64,000 nt of DNA from an uncultured Polaromonas sp. (GTDB lineage: Bacteria; Pseudomonadota; Gammaproteobacteria; Burkholderiales; Burkholderiaceae_C). Positions 24,130 to 33,346 of this stretch are shown piece by piece. The notes beneath the pieces were generated by a model. The model made no database searches, was not told where the DNA came from, and saw only the letters and a program-made list of their open reading frames with translations. Every line of letters begins with the position of its first letter. The first letter of the stretch is position 1. The translations under genes and the position numbers were made by a program. The stretch spans positions 2,137 through 66,136 of the forward strand of contig CALMEI010000063.1 of NCBI GenBank assembly GCA_937863225.1, given 5' to 3'.

Positions 24130-24837
24130 TTATATTTTGGCGGTTTGCACAGCGCGGGTTTGGTTACCTTCCAACAGTTTGGCCGATACAGACTTCACCA
24201 CCACACCCAAAGGCAACTCCAAAACACCTTCAGCACGCTTGTATTGCGTCAGTTGTATGGCTTGTGACCCACCGGGCAATGCCATGCTCCATGGTTTGCC
24301 ATTTTGTAGACCTGAAAAAGTAAGCTCTAACTTACCATTGAATGCAGGTGCATTCTTAATTGGCTGTATGACCAACACTTGCCATTTGATTTGATTACCG
24401 GCCAGCAACTCCGCTTGCAAGCTGCGTATGGCCAACCCTGCTGCGCCATTGGTCTGCGTCAATTTTTCAAAAAACCCCAAATCATCTCGCAGCGCACGAT
24501 TATCCAGTTCAAGCTGCTTCAACTGTTCATTCAGTTTCTCTTTGCCCGCCTTTTCGGTGGCCAAGGTCAAATCAGCTGTGTTTATTTTTGTTAGGTTTTT
24601 GTCGTTAACTTCGCGTAATTGGACGACTTCTGTCCTTAACTTCTGCAATTCTTCTTTGGCATCTTTGTCTAGACCAGCAATGCTTTTACCGAATTCGAAC
24701 GCCCATAAAGACAGTGCAGCCGAAAACCCAAACACCAAGGCCAAAGCCAACCAGCGCAAAGGCCAAGGAATTGCGCCGCGCACCGTCATACTGGGTGCAC
24801 TGATGGTTAATCGACGACGTAATAGGCGAAAACGCAT
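24130..24837 (-). CDS. membrane-anchored coiled-coil protein (DUF6776-like, usual bactofilin neighbour)
   Basis: One TM helix followed by a coiled coil (ELQKLRTEVVQLREVNDKN...). The family assignment is from memory only. Confidence 0.5.
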   Translation of the reverse strand: MRFRLLRRRLTISAPSMTVRGAIPWPLRWLALALVFGFSAALSLWAFEFGKSIAGLDKDAKEELQKLRTEVVQLREVNDKNLTKINTADLTLATEKAGKEKLNEQLKQLELDNRALRDDLGFFEKLTQTNGAAGLAIRSLQAELLAGNQIKWQVLVIQPIKNAPAFNGKLELTFSGLQNGKPWSMALPGGSQAIQLTQYKRAEGVLELPLGVVVKSVSAKLLEGNQTRAVQTAKI

Positions 24838-24849
24838 GGTTGTTATCTT

Positions 24850-24894
24850 TTATAAAAACGACAAAGCCGCAACAAGCATGACCTGTGCGGCTTT
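24850..24894 (-). terminator. rho-independent terminator after rpsI
   Basis: A 9 bp stem, AAAGCCGCA (24863-24871) with TGCGGCTTT (24886-24894), is followed on the minus strand by GTCGTTTTTAT. Confidence 0.7.
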
Positions 24895-24944
24895 GTAATA
24901 TAGCGGAATTTGCTTGCCGATTTGCTTTCGCTGTCGGCAAATAC

Positions 24945-25337
24945 TTAACGCTTGCTGAACTGTTTGCGGCGGCGTGCAGAACGCAGACCGACCTTTTTAC
25001 GCTCCACTTCACGTGCATCGCGGGTAACAAAGCCCGCTTGCGACAATTGGGGTTTCAATGTCAAATCGTAGTCCATCAAGGCACGGGTAATACCGTGGCG
25101 TGATGCGCCAGCTTGACCTGATTCACCACCACCTGCCACATTGATCATGATGTCAAATGTGTCAGCGTGGTTGGTCAACATCAAAGGTTGCTTCACGATC
25201 ATGATGGATGTGGCACGGCCGAAGTACTCAGCGATGTCTTTGCCATTGACCTTGATTTGGCCTGAACCTTTTTTCAAGAAAACACGTGCGACGCTGGATT
25301 TGCGACGGCCGGTTCCGTTGTTCCAATCTCCAATCAT
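24945..25337 (-). CDS. rpsI: 30S ribosomal protein S9
   Basis: [14 protein letters not shown]...RRKQFSKR. Confidence 0.97.
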   Translation of the reverse strand: MIGDWNNGTGRRKSSVARVFLKKGSGQIKVNGKDIAEYFGRATSIMIVKQPLMLTNHADTFDIMINVAGGGESGQAGASRHGITRALMDYDLTLKPQLSQAGFVTRDAREVERKKVGLRSARRRKQFSKR

Positions 25338-25816
25338 GCTGCTGCTCCTTCTTTTGCGGCTTTAACGGCATTGTTTGAAACGCCAGCGATGTCCAACACC
25401 TTGGGTTGTTGTGCGCTGTGTGGATGCTCGGCACCCGCGTACACCTTGAGCTTTTTGATCATGGCGTAGCCCAAAGGGCCTTTTGGCAACATGCCTTTAA
25501 CGGCTTTTTCCAAAGCGCGGCCAGGGTGGTTGGCTTGCATGTCTTTGAAGTTGGTTTGGTAGATACCGCCTGGATAACCAGAATGGCGATAGTACATTTT
25601 GTCCAACGTTTTGGCACCGGTCACACGCAGGTGAGCGGCATTGATGATGACAATAAAGTCACCGGTATCGACGTGAGGGGTATAAATGGCCTTGTGTTTG
25701 CCGCGTAAACGGAGAGCAACTTCGCTGGCTACTCGTCCGAGGACCTTGTCGGTCGCGTCAACCACAAACCACTCATGCACCACGTCAGCGGGTTTTGCGC
25801 TGAAAGTTGAGGTCAT
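25334..25816 (-). CDS. rplM: 50S ribosomal protein L13 with a 17-residue C-terminal extension
   Basis: Canonical L13 sequence up to ...QQPKVLDI, then [17 protein letters not shown]. The stop overlaps the rpsI start (ATGA). Confidence 0.95.
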   Translation of the reverse strand: MTSTFSAKPADVVHEWFVVDATDKVLGRVASEVALRLRGKHKAIYTPHVDTGDFIVIINAAHLRVTGAKTLDKMYYRHSGYPGGIYQTNFKDMQANHPGRALEKAVKGMLPKGPLGYAMIKKLKVYAGAEHPHSAQQPKVLDIAGVSNNAVKAAKEGAAA

Positions 25817-25843
25817 AAGTTACTCTTTAAAAGTTAGGTTTGC

Positions 25844-25866
25844 GCGGCTTTCAGTCTGAAAGCCGC
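25844..25866 (-). promoter_or_regulatory. perfect 10 bp hairpin in the rplM-rpsI leader
   Basis: GCGGCTTTCA-gtc-TGAAAGCCGC lies about 30-50 nt upstream of the rplM start. Its function is unknown. Confidence 0.3.
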
Positions 25867-26002
25867 ATGGTTTGGGTTCTTTTCTACGGTCGGTGCTCTT
25901 CTAGTGAGAGCCTCTTAGGTAGGGATTAAAACCTCGCCGCGGAACCACGGTATCGCTGCGAAGCTCTCCATTATATGAGAAATATGGAAAAAGGGGAAAT
26001 TT

Positions 26003-26026
26003 GCCAAAACGGCCGTTAGCAACGGC
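26003..26026 (-). terminator. weak terminator after the CDGSH gene
   Basis: GCCGTT-agc-AACGGC stem followed on the minus strand by CGTTTTGG. Confidence 0.35.
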
Positions 26027-26032
26027 ACCTGC

Positions 26033-26277
26033 TTACTTTGGACGATTATGGCTACCGTCACACAGTGGTTGGTTGGCAGTGGCTTTGCAACCACAAAAGT
26101 AAACTGTTTTGGACTCTTTTGCTTCGTACTTCACAGGGGTAAAAGTGGAGTCTTTATGCGAACCATCACAAAAGGGTTGGTTTTTACTTTGGCCGCACGC
26201 GCACCAAAAAAATTGGCTTTGCCCGCTTCAACCTGAACTGGAAACGGCGCATCTGATGCTCTAACTGCTTCACTCAT
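26033..26277 (-). pseudogene. CDGSH-type iron-sulfur domain protein, frameshifted in an A7/T7 run
   Basis: My own translation of the minus strand gives MSEAVRASDAPFPVQVEAGKANFF, then after a +1 shift WCACGQSKNQPFCDGSHKDSTFTPVKYEAKESKTVYFCGCKATANQPLCDGSHNRPK*. The span is 245 nt, which is not divisible by 3. The break lies in the homopolymer at 26206-26212. This gene is absent from the ORF track. Confidence 0.8.
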
Positions 26278-26389
26278 TTCAAAACTCCTTGATTCAATAT
26301 ATAGAACGGCTAAAACGCACCATTATCAACAGTACGGAATGACCCTTGCTTTTCTAATGAAACCGTAACATGTGCAATGCGTGGGGTGC

Positions 26390-26456
26390 GCTATGAATAT
26401 AATAGCAATATAGACAATCAATACAACGCTTACAGGCCAATTTGTCACCTAATTTA
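26390..26456. repeat. dispersed 65-70 bp repeat family, degenerate intergenic copy
   Basis: GCTATGAATATAATAGCAATATAGACAATCAATACAACGCTTACAGGCCAATTT..., 28 nt downstream of the stop at 26484. Confidence 0.7.
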
Positions 26457-26483
26457 TTGCTGGCGTAGCCGCTTGAGCCAGGG

Positions 26484-27200
26484 CTAGGCCGAACTGGCGG
26501 CCAATTTGATTATCTCTTTGTAGGTATAGATGGCACTCCCACTGGGCAGGTTTTTGGTGACCGCATTCATGGCCTGTGCTATCTGTGTCGCTTGGATCGG
26601 GCGATACTTTGCGGGTATGAGCGGTGACATCAGCGACAGCACGGACGCGAGTGCACCAGGTGTGTGCTGCGAACCGATGATCACCGATGGCCGAAAGATG
26701 CTGACCACATGTATGCCTTGATCCAATACGGCTTGTTCGGCTTCCCCCTTCACCCTGGCGTAACGCGGCATGCCTGCAGCGCCTGAGCCGGTCTCGCTCG
26801 CTTTGATGTCTGCCCCAATGGCGGACATGAATGCAAAGTGCTGAACGCGTCCAGAGTCCTTCAAACCAGCGGCAAACGCCGCATTGAGCTCAACATCCAC
26901 TGCGCGATGTTGTGCCAGTGACAGGCTTGCAGTGCCTGCTCCCACTCCAAGAACACTGAAAGCTACCGCATCCGCGTCACTTTCACGCAATGCTGCTGCG
27001 ACGGTCTGGCGCAGTACCTGCGGCTGCATATCGGGCACCAAACGCTCATCAACAGTGGCCATAGCGCCAGCATTCTGAAAGATCGAACGCCGACCAACCA
27101 CCACCACGCGGGTGAAGCGCTTAGAGCGCACGATTTCCGCTAACAGTGCTTTGCCAACTGAGCCAGAAGCGCCAAGGATGATTGCTGTAGTCATGGTCAT
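26484..27200 (-). CDS. NAD(P)H-binding atypical SDR-like oxidoreductase
   Basis: ILGASGSVGKALL Rossmann motif; 238 aa. Confidence 0.7.
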   Translation of the reverse strand: MTMTTAIILGASGSVGKALLAEIVRSKRFTRVVVVGRRSIFQNAGAMATVDERLVPDMQPQVLRQTVAAALRESDADAVAFSVLGVGAGTASLSLAQHRAVDVELNAAFAAGLKDSGRVQHFAFMSAIGADIKASETGSGAAGMPRYARVKGEAEQAVLDQGIHVVSIFRPSVIIGSQHTPGALASVLSLMSPLIPAKYRPIQATQIAQAMNAVTKNLPSGSAIYTYKEIIKLAASSA

Positions 27201-27275
27201 GGTGATTTATCTCGCATTTGCTGAATTGGCATGTTCTGTCCGCAAGGCGTTGTCTTGATACTCGCTACGGTCCTG

Positions 27276-28613
27276 CTAAACCACCCCATCTCGCCGCCAC
27301 TGCGCCACATCGTTGGCTGAGCAAGACAACAGCTCCTGCAACACCTCTTCTGTGTGCTGACCGCACAGTGGCGGGGCACGCATTGTGCTGGCAGGGGTGG
27401 CGCTGAGTTTGAGTGGGTTGGCCACCAATTGCACTTCGCCAGCGATGGGGTGCGGGTAGGTGGTGACCATGCTTCTCGCCAGAACTTGGGGGTCTTTGAA
27501 AACGTCGTCAAAGTTATTGATGGGGCCGCAAGGGACGTGAACTGCTTGCAGGGCGCTTAGCCAATCTTCTTTGCTGCGGGTTTTGAGGATGGTGGCCAAG
27601 AGTGGAACGAGCACCTCACGGTGGGTGACACGGTCTTGGTTTTTGATGTATTTTGAGTTGGCAGCGATTTGGGGGTGGCCTGCGATTTGGCAAAACTTGG
27701 CGAACTGGTTGTCGTTGCCTACCGCCAAGATGATGTACTCTTTTTGCGTCGCGCCTGTGGCAACATCTTTGCTGGGCGCTACTTCAAACACTTGGTAGGG
27801 CACGATGTTGGCGTGGGCATTGCCCAAGCGTTTGGGCACTTCGCCATTAGACAAATACTGCGCACCCAAGTTGGCGAGCATAGACACCTGCGTGTCTAAA
27901 AGCGCAATGTCGACTTGCTGCCCTTGGCCGGTGCGTTCGGCATGACGCAGCGCCGCCAAGATACCAATCACCGAATTCAATCCCGTGAACAAATCGGCCA
28001 CCGCCACGCCCACTTTTTGCGGACCACCGCCAGGTACATCATCGCGTTCGCCGGTGACGCTCATCAAACCACCCATGGCCTGCACGGCGTAGTCGTAACC
28101 CGCACGGTCTTTATAGGGCCCAGTTTGCCCGAAGCCGGTGATGCTGCAATACACCAAGGAGGGCTTGAGTTTGGACAGGCTGGCATAGTCCAAGCCATAA
28201 CGTGCCAAATCACCCACTTTGAAATTCTCCACCACGATGTCACACTGCATGACCAGCTTGCGAATCAAGGCTTGACCTGCAGGCTGCGCAATATCACAGG
28301 TAACCGAGCGTTTGTTGCGATTGGCGCACATGAAATAAGCCGATTCAACGCTGTCATGGCCGTCCTTGTCTTTTAAAAACGGTGGCCCCCAACGGCGCGT
28401 GTCGTCACCGCCTTGACCTTCTGACGCATCTTTGGCCGGACGCTCTATTTTGATCACATCAGCACCTAAGTCGGCCAATGTTTGCGTGCACCACGGGCCG
28501 GCCAAGATGCGGGTGAGGTCCAGCACACGCACACCGTCAAGTGCCGTCGGGCTTTTTGGATTGAAGTTTTTCGTTAGATTCATGGCATGGAACTGTGTTT
28601 TTAAGTTGTCCAT
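27276..28613 (-). CDS. family III CoA-transferase (CaiB/BaiF)
   Basis: GVRVLDLTRILAGPWCTQTLADLGADVIKIE with full-length family III architecture. An alternative ATG lies at 28583. Confidence 0.85.
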   Translation of the reverse strand: MDNLKTQFHAMNLTKNFNPKSPTALDGVRVLDLTRILAGPWCTQTLADLGADVIKIERPAKDASEGQGGDDTRRWGPPFLKDKDGHDSVESAYFMCANRNKRSVTCDIAQPAGQALIRKLVMQCDIVVENFKVGDLARYGLDYASLSKLKPSLVYCSITGFGQTGPYKDRAGYDYAVQAMGGLMSVTGERDDVPGGGPQKVGVAVADLFTGLNSVIGILAALRHAERTGQGQQVDIALLDTQVSMLANLGAQYLSNGEVPKRLGNAHANIVPYQVFEVAPSKDVATGATQKEYIILAVGNDNQFAKFCQIAGHPQIAANSKYIKNQDRVTHREVLVPLLATILKTRSKEDWLSALQAVHVPCGPINNFDDVFKDPQVLARSMVTTYPHPIAGEVQLVANPLKLSATPASTMRAPPLCGQHTEEVLQELLSCSANDVAQWRRDGVV

Positions 28614-28625
28614 GATAATCGCAGG

Positions 28626-29915
28626 ATGACAGCAACATTTTTACCCAAACGCCAAGCCATTGTGGTGTTCATCGCTTTTGCTTTTGCCTATTTTTTATCC
28701 GCATTGATTCGCGCGATCACAGCCACCTTGTCGCCCACGCTCTCTTTAGAGCTGGGTTTGCAAGCGCGTGATCTGGGTTTGCTGGCAGGCGGTTATTTTT
28801 TAGGCTTCGCCGCCATGCAGTTACCCATGGGCAAATGGCTGGATAAGTACGGACCTAAAAAAGTGATTTTGAGTTTGCTACCGATTGCTTTGCTGGGCAG
28901 TGTGGCATTTTCCATGTCCAATCATTTTTATGGCTTGCTGATAGCGCGCATATTCGTTGGTATTGGCGTCAGTGCTTGCCTGATGGCACCGCTGACCGGT
29001 TACCGGCGTTGGCTAGAACCCAGCCAACAACAGCGTGCCAATGCATGGATGCTGATGACCGGCTCGCTTGGTATGGTCGCGGCCACCTTGCCTGTGCAGT
29101 GGCTGATGCCCTTGATCGGTTGGCGTGGCATATTCCTTGTCTTTTCAGCGCTGGTGTTGCTGGCCATTTTGGCATTGCTTTGGCTGGCACCGGCTTGGGA
29201 GTCACCGACAGCAAGCCAACAACAAACCCTGACGCCAAAGTCCAACCAATCGGATACAGGGTATCAACAAGTTTGGGCGAACCCTTATTTTCGCAGCTTG
29301 ATACCGATCGGCTTTTTGGCTTATGGCGGTTTGATTGCTTTGCAAACATTGTGGGTCACACCGTGGATGATTAAGGTGGCTGGCTACAGCCCAGCCCAGG
29401 CCGCGTCGGGTTTGTTTGGCATTAACCTCACCATGCTGTTTACATTTTGGTTGTGGGGCGCCATCAATCCGTGGTTGGTTCAACACAAGATTCATTCCGA
29501 CACGTTGTTGCTGCGTGGTTTTCCTTTAAGTTTTGTCATTTTAGCTATTATAATCATAGCAAGTCAGGCAACAAATACGCCGCCTACAGATCAATTTGGC
29601 AATGTATTTTATGTTTTGCAACAACACATTTGGATACTCTGGGCGCTGTACTTTGTCGGCTGCAGTTTCGTGGCGCTGACACAACCCGCGATTGCCTTGG
29701 TTTTTCCACCTCAGTTGGCAGGTCGGGCATTGTCGGCATTCAATTTGGTGATGTTCTTGGGTGTGTTTGTGGTGCAGTGGAGTTTGGGTTTGCTGATTGA
29801 TGTCTTCAAGTATTGGGGCTATACCGAGGTGCGTGCATTTCAAGGGGCGTTTGTTGTTTACCTGATTTGCGTCATGGCATCCTACGTGTATTTCGCCGTG
29901 AAAAGACCTCGATAA
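28626..29915 (+). CDS. MFS transporter
   Basis: About 12 hydrophobic segments and an MFS-like GKWLDKYGPKK loop. Confidence 0.8.
   Translation: MTATFLPKRQAIVVFIAFAFAYFLSALIRAITATLSPTLSLELGLQARDLGLLAGGYFLGFAAMQLPMGKWLDKYGPKKVILSLLPIALLGSVAFSMSNHFYGLLIARIFVGIGVSACLMAPLTGYRRWLEPSQQQRANAWMLMTGSLGMVAATLPVQWLMPLIGWRGIFLVFSALVLLAILALLWLAPAWESPTASQQQTLTPKSNQSDTGYQQVWANPYFRSLIPIGFLAYGGLIALQTLWVTPWMIKVAGYSPAQAASGLFGINLTMLFTFWLWGAINPWLVQHKIHSDTLLLRGFPLSFVILAIIIIASQATNTPPTDQFGNVFYVLQQHIWILWALYFVGCSFVALTQPAIALVFPPQLAGRALSAFNLVMFLGVFVVQWSLGLLIDVFKYWGYTEVRAFQGAFVVYLICVMASYVYFAVKRPR
29544..29612. repeat. dispersed 65-70 bp repeat family, copy inside the MFS gene (in frame)
   Basis: GCTATTATAATCATAGCAAGTCAGGCAACAAATACGCCGCCTACAGATCAATTTGGCAATGTATTTTATG encodes AIIIIASQATNTPPTDQFGNVFY. 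Confidence 0.8.
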
Positions 29916-29999
29916 GCAATCGCCGGTAAAATAGAAACAGACCATCGGCCAATCTCGAACCTGACTTGCAGCGCATCGCCGCAGGCTTGCAATCTTCCC

Positions 30000-31829
30000 A
30001 TGAACACCTTAATCGCCTCTAAAAAATCTGCTGGCCATGTTGCCAATGAACGCTCTGATTGGGACACCTTGTCTCGCCTCATGCCTTTTGTTTGGCGCTA
30101 CAAATGGCGCGCTTTGTCGGTCCTGGCTTTGCTGGTCATGGCCAAAATTGCCACCGTCAGCGTACCGTTGCTGTTGAAACAATTGGTGGACAGTTTGAAC
30201 CCAACGTTGACACAAGCCGTCATCGTCGTTCCTGTTGCTTTGTTGCTTGGCTATGGCGTTTTGCGTGTGTTTTCCAGTTGGTTCACCGAGGCTTGCGAGG
30301 CCGTTTTTTCGAAGGCCACCGAGGGTATTTCGCGCAGCATCTCACTCGAAGTGTTTCGCCACTTGCATGGCTTGAGCTTGCGCTTTCACTTAGAGCGTCA
30401 AACGGGCGGTATGACCCGCGATATTGAACGCGGCACCAGTGCGGTGCGCGCCTTGATCAGTTTTGCTTTGTTCCGCATTGTTCCTACCTTAATGGAAATG
30501 GCTTTTGTACTGGCACTCTTGGCCATGAAATTTGACCAATGGTTTGCTTGGATCACATTGGCCGCTTTGACGCTCTACATTGCATTCACCATCGGCATCA
30601 CCCAATGGCGCACCCAATTCCGTAAAAAAATGAACGAGATGGATGGCGCTGCGCACAGCCGCGCGATAGATTCGCTCTTAAATTATGAAACCGTTAAATA
30701 TTTCAATAACGAAGATTTTGAAGCCAAGCGTTATGACGAAAACTTAGCTCGCTTTCACAAAGCCAGCGCCATGAGTCAACGCTCTTTAAGCTACCTCAAC
30801 GGTGGACAACAACTCATCATCGCGGTGGCTTTGGTGGCGATGCTGTGGCGTGCCACACAGGGTGTGGTCGATGGCCGTTTGACTTTGGGCGATTTGGTCA
30901 TGATTAACGCCTTCATGATTCAGCTCTACATTCCTTTAAACTTTTTGGGCACCATGTACCGGGAAATCAAACAAAGTTTGACCGATCTGGACAAAATGTT
31001 CACGCTCTTGGAAAAGGAGCGCGAAATTGCCGACGTGGCAGGCGCTCAGGATTTGCAACTGTGGCATACCAACGCAGCGTCTACCGATGCAGACTCGCCC
31101 GATGTCAGTTTCAACAACGTGCACTTTGCCTATGACCCAACCCGACCCATCTTGCATGGTGTGAGTTTTCAAATTCCAGCGGGCAAAACGGTCGCGGTGG
31201 TGGGACCATCAGGCGCGGGCAAATCGACTCTGGCGCGCTTGCTGTACCGCTTTTACGATGTGCAACAAGGCAGCATCACCATCGCAGGACAAGACATCAA
31301 AACCGTGACCCAGTCCAGCGTGCGCCAAGCGATAGGCATAGTGCCGCAAGACACGGTGCTGTTTAACGATACAGTGGCCTACAACATCGCTTATGGCAAA
31401 ACATCGGCCAGCCAAGATGAAATCATTGAAGCGGCCAAATCTGCCCGCATTCACGATTTCATAGCCGCCACACCCAAGGGTTATGAAACCGCTGTGGGCG
31501 AACGTGGCTTGAAACTGTCTGGCGGCGAAAAACAGCGCGTGGCCATCGCACGCACTTTGTTGAAAAACCCACCGATTTTGATATTTGATGAAGCCACTTC
31601 AGCACTGGATTCTGCCAACGAACGCGCCATTCAAGCCGAGTTGCACAACGTGGCACAAAACAAAACCACTTTGGTGATTGCCCATCGTTTGTCCACCGTG
31701 GTGGAGGCGCACGAAATCATCGTGATGGATGCTGGCAAAATTGTTGAGCGTGGCAACCATGCCGAACTCTTGGCCAAGCAAGGCGTGTACGCCAACATGT
31801 GGGCGCTGCAGCAAAACAGCGCCGATTAA
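30000..31829 (+). CDS. ABC transporter permease/ATPase, ATM1/HMT1-type exporter
   Basis: An N-terminal 6-TM domain plus an NBD with GPSGAGKST, LSGGEKQR and ILIFDEATSALD motifs. Confidence 0.85.
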   Translation: MNTLIASKKSAGHVANERSDWDTLSRLMPFVWRYKWRALSVLALLVMAKIATVSVPLLLKQLVDSLNPTLTQAVIVVPVALLLGYGVLRVFSSWFTEACEAVFSKATEGISRSISLEVFRHLHGLSLRFHLERQTGGMTRDIERGTSAVRALISFALFRIVPTLMEMAFVLALLAMKFDQWFAWITLAALTLYIAFTIGITQWRTQFRKKMNEMDGAAHSRAIDSLLNYETVKYFNNEDFEAKRYDENLARFHKASAMSQRSLSYLNGGQQLIIAVALVAMLWRATQGVVDGRLTLGDLVMINAFMIQLYIPLNFLGTMYREIKQSLTDLDKMFTLLEKEREIADVAGAQDLQLWHTNAASTDADSPDVSFNNVHFAYDPTRPILHGVSFQIPAGKTVAVVGPSGAGKSTLARLLYRFYDVQQGSITIAGQDIKTVTQSSVRQAIGIVPQDTVLFNDTVAYNIAYGKTSASQDEIIEAAKSARIHDFIAATPKGYETAVGERGLKLSGGEKQRVAIARTLLKNPPILIFDEATSALDSANERAIQAELHNVAQNKTTLVIAHRLSTVVEAHEIIVMDAGKIVERGNHAELLAKQGVYANMWALQQNSAD

Positions 31830-31850
31830 CCGTGCACTTTGTAATTAGCT

Positions 31851-32729
31851 CTATAGCTTGGTGCTTAATTTAACGGGTGTGGCTTTGATGTCTTCATCGG
31901 GTTGGATACGCTCACTCATCCAGCGGGTTAAATCCAACCACATTTGCCGCATCTCAGAATCCAGCGGGGTGCGTTGCGCATTGGGTAACTCTATCGTTAC
32001 AACAGGGATGCGTTTGTGAATACCGCCGTAGTTGCCTAAGGAGCCTGGGTAAATTCCCACTTGGTCCAAATACAAACGCCCCAACTTACCGGGCGGAACG
32101 GTAGGACCGTCAAAATCTAAAACACCAAAAGGTGCGTGAATGCTGACAATCAGATTGGGTTTGAAGCGCTCCATCTGGGCGTGCAAAAATTTAGATTCTG
32201 GTTCAGACAAAGGGCCGGGGCCTGGCCAGCGCCGAGGGTCTTTTTTGGTACGTTGCTCCCAATAAATTTTGGCTTGCTTGTGCCAATTGGGCGTCGGGAA
32301 ATTGCGATTCAGATCGACGCCGTTCGCATTGACGCGTTTGCTTGGTTTGGCATACAAACCATCTGGATTGAGCAAAGGTATAAAGCGCCAATGCACTTCT
32401 ACAGGTGTTTGCTTTACCAAGCCAATCCAATGCATCGCAACCGATGTTGAAGACATTTCATCCCCATGGATGCCGCCAATGACGAGCACGCGCAACTTGG
32501 CATCGTCTGGCAGCACATCACGGGTCATGAGCGGAACGCCGTTGACGGAGCGCGCACCTGAGTCCAACAATTGAGTTTGCACACAGGTACTTTGCGACAC
32601 GCTGGGCAAGTGGCGTGTCAGGGTGTTGCAAAATTGATTTTTGTTGGCATCAATAGCGACTGAAGCTGGCGTATTTATTGCCTGAGTTGCTATTATTGCT
32701 ATAGCAAGCGCCTTGTGTATCAAATACAT
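31851..32729 (-). CDS. M14 zinc carboxypeptidase-family protein (murein peptide amidase MpaA-like)
   Basis: VIGGIHGDEMSS, LNPDG and GVDLNRNFP motifs. The N-terminus is built from a repeat copy. Confidence 0.75.
   Translation of the reverse strand: MYLIHKALAIAIIATQAINTPASVAIDANKNQFCNTLTRHLPSVSQSTCVQTQLLDSGARSVNGVPLMTRDVLPDDAKLRVLVIGGIHGDEMSSTSVAMHWIGLVKQTPVEVHWRFIPLLNPDGLYAKPSKRVNANGVDLNRNFPTPNWHKQAKIYWEQRTKKDPRRWPGPGPLSEPESKFLHAQMERFKPNLIVSIHAPFGVLDFDGPTVPPGKLGRLYLDQVGIYPGSLGNYGGIHKRIPVVTIELPNAQRTPLDSEMRQMWLDLTRWMSERIQPDEDIKATPVKLSTKL
32650..32705. repeat. dispersed 65-70 bp repeat family, copy forming codons about 9-27 of the M14 peptidase gene
   Basis: The plus strand reads ...GCTGGCGTATTTATTGCCTGAGTTGCTATTATTGCTATAGC. 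In gene sense this encodes AIAIIATQAINTPAS. Confidence 0.8.
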
Positions 32730-32741
32730 GGCTTTGTCTTT

Positions 32742-33332
32742 CTACTGCGCTTCTGGGTCGGCTGCAGTGCGCGCCATGCGCTCGCTTTTCCAATACACAT
32801 CATCGCCTGCCACGCCATTGACCAGCATGCGATTCAAAACCCGTGCCAGCACAAACATCAAATCACTTAGTCGGTTGAGGTATTGACGCGGTGCGTCGTT
32901 GATGCGCTCAAACTCGCCCAGTGCAACCACGGATCGTTCTGCTCGGCGTGCCACAGTACGACACACATGGGCCAGTGCCGCTGCACGGCTGCCTGCTGGC
33001 AAGATGAATTCCGCTAATTTGGGCAAGGTGGCGTTGTGATGTTCTAAGGCCTCATCCAATACAACGATTGCCTCTGTCTTCAGCAGCTCAAAACCAGGAA
33101 TGGACAATTCACCGCCCAAGTTGAACAGCTGGTGCTGAATTTCGTTGAGCAAATCACGCACACTGTCTGGCATTGCTTCACACAGCAACAAGCCAATGTG
33201 CGAATTCAGCTCGTCCACATCGCCCATTGCGTGCACCCGCAAGTGATGTTTGGAGACGCGGGTGTTGTCGCCTAAGCCGGTGGTGCCCGCATCGCCGGTG
33301 CGGGTTGCGATTTGTGAGAGTCTGTTGCCCAT
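32742..33332 (-). CDS. ATP:cob(I)alamin adenosyltransferase, PduO type
   Basis: IATRTGDAGTTGL N-terminus and a PduO-type helical-bundle sequence. Confidence 0.85.
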   Translation of the reverse strand: MGNRLSQIATRTGDAGTTGLGDNTRVSKHHLRVHAMGDVDELNSHIGLLLCEAMPDSVRDLLNEIQHQLFNLGGELSIPGFELLKTEAIVVLDEALEHHNATLPKLAEFILPAGSRAAALAHVCRTVARRAERSVVALGEFERINDAPRQYLNRLSDLMFVLARVLNRMLVNGVAGDDVYWKSERMARTAADPEAQ

Positions 33333-33346
33333 GTGTTTAACTGTAC

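Noticed and set aside
26048-26236. Plus-strand 62 aa ORF.
   Set aside because: It is the antisense shadow of the frameshifted CDGSH gene. The minus strand carries two clear CDGSH motifs.
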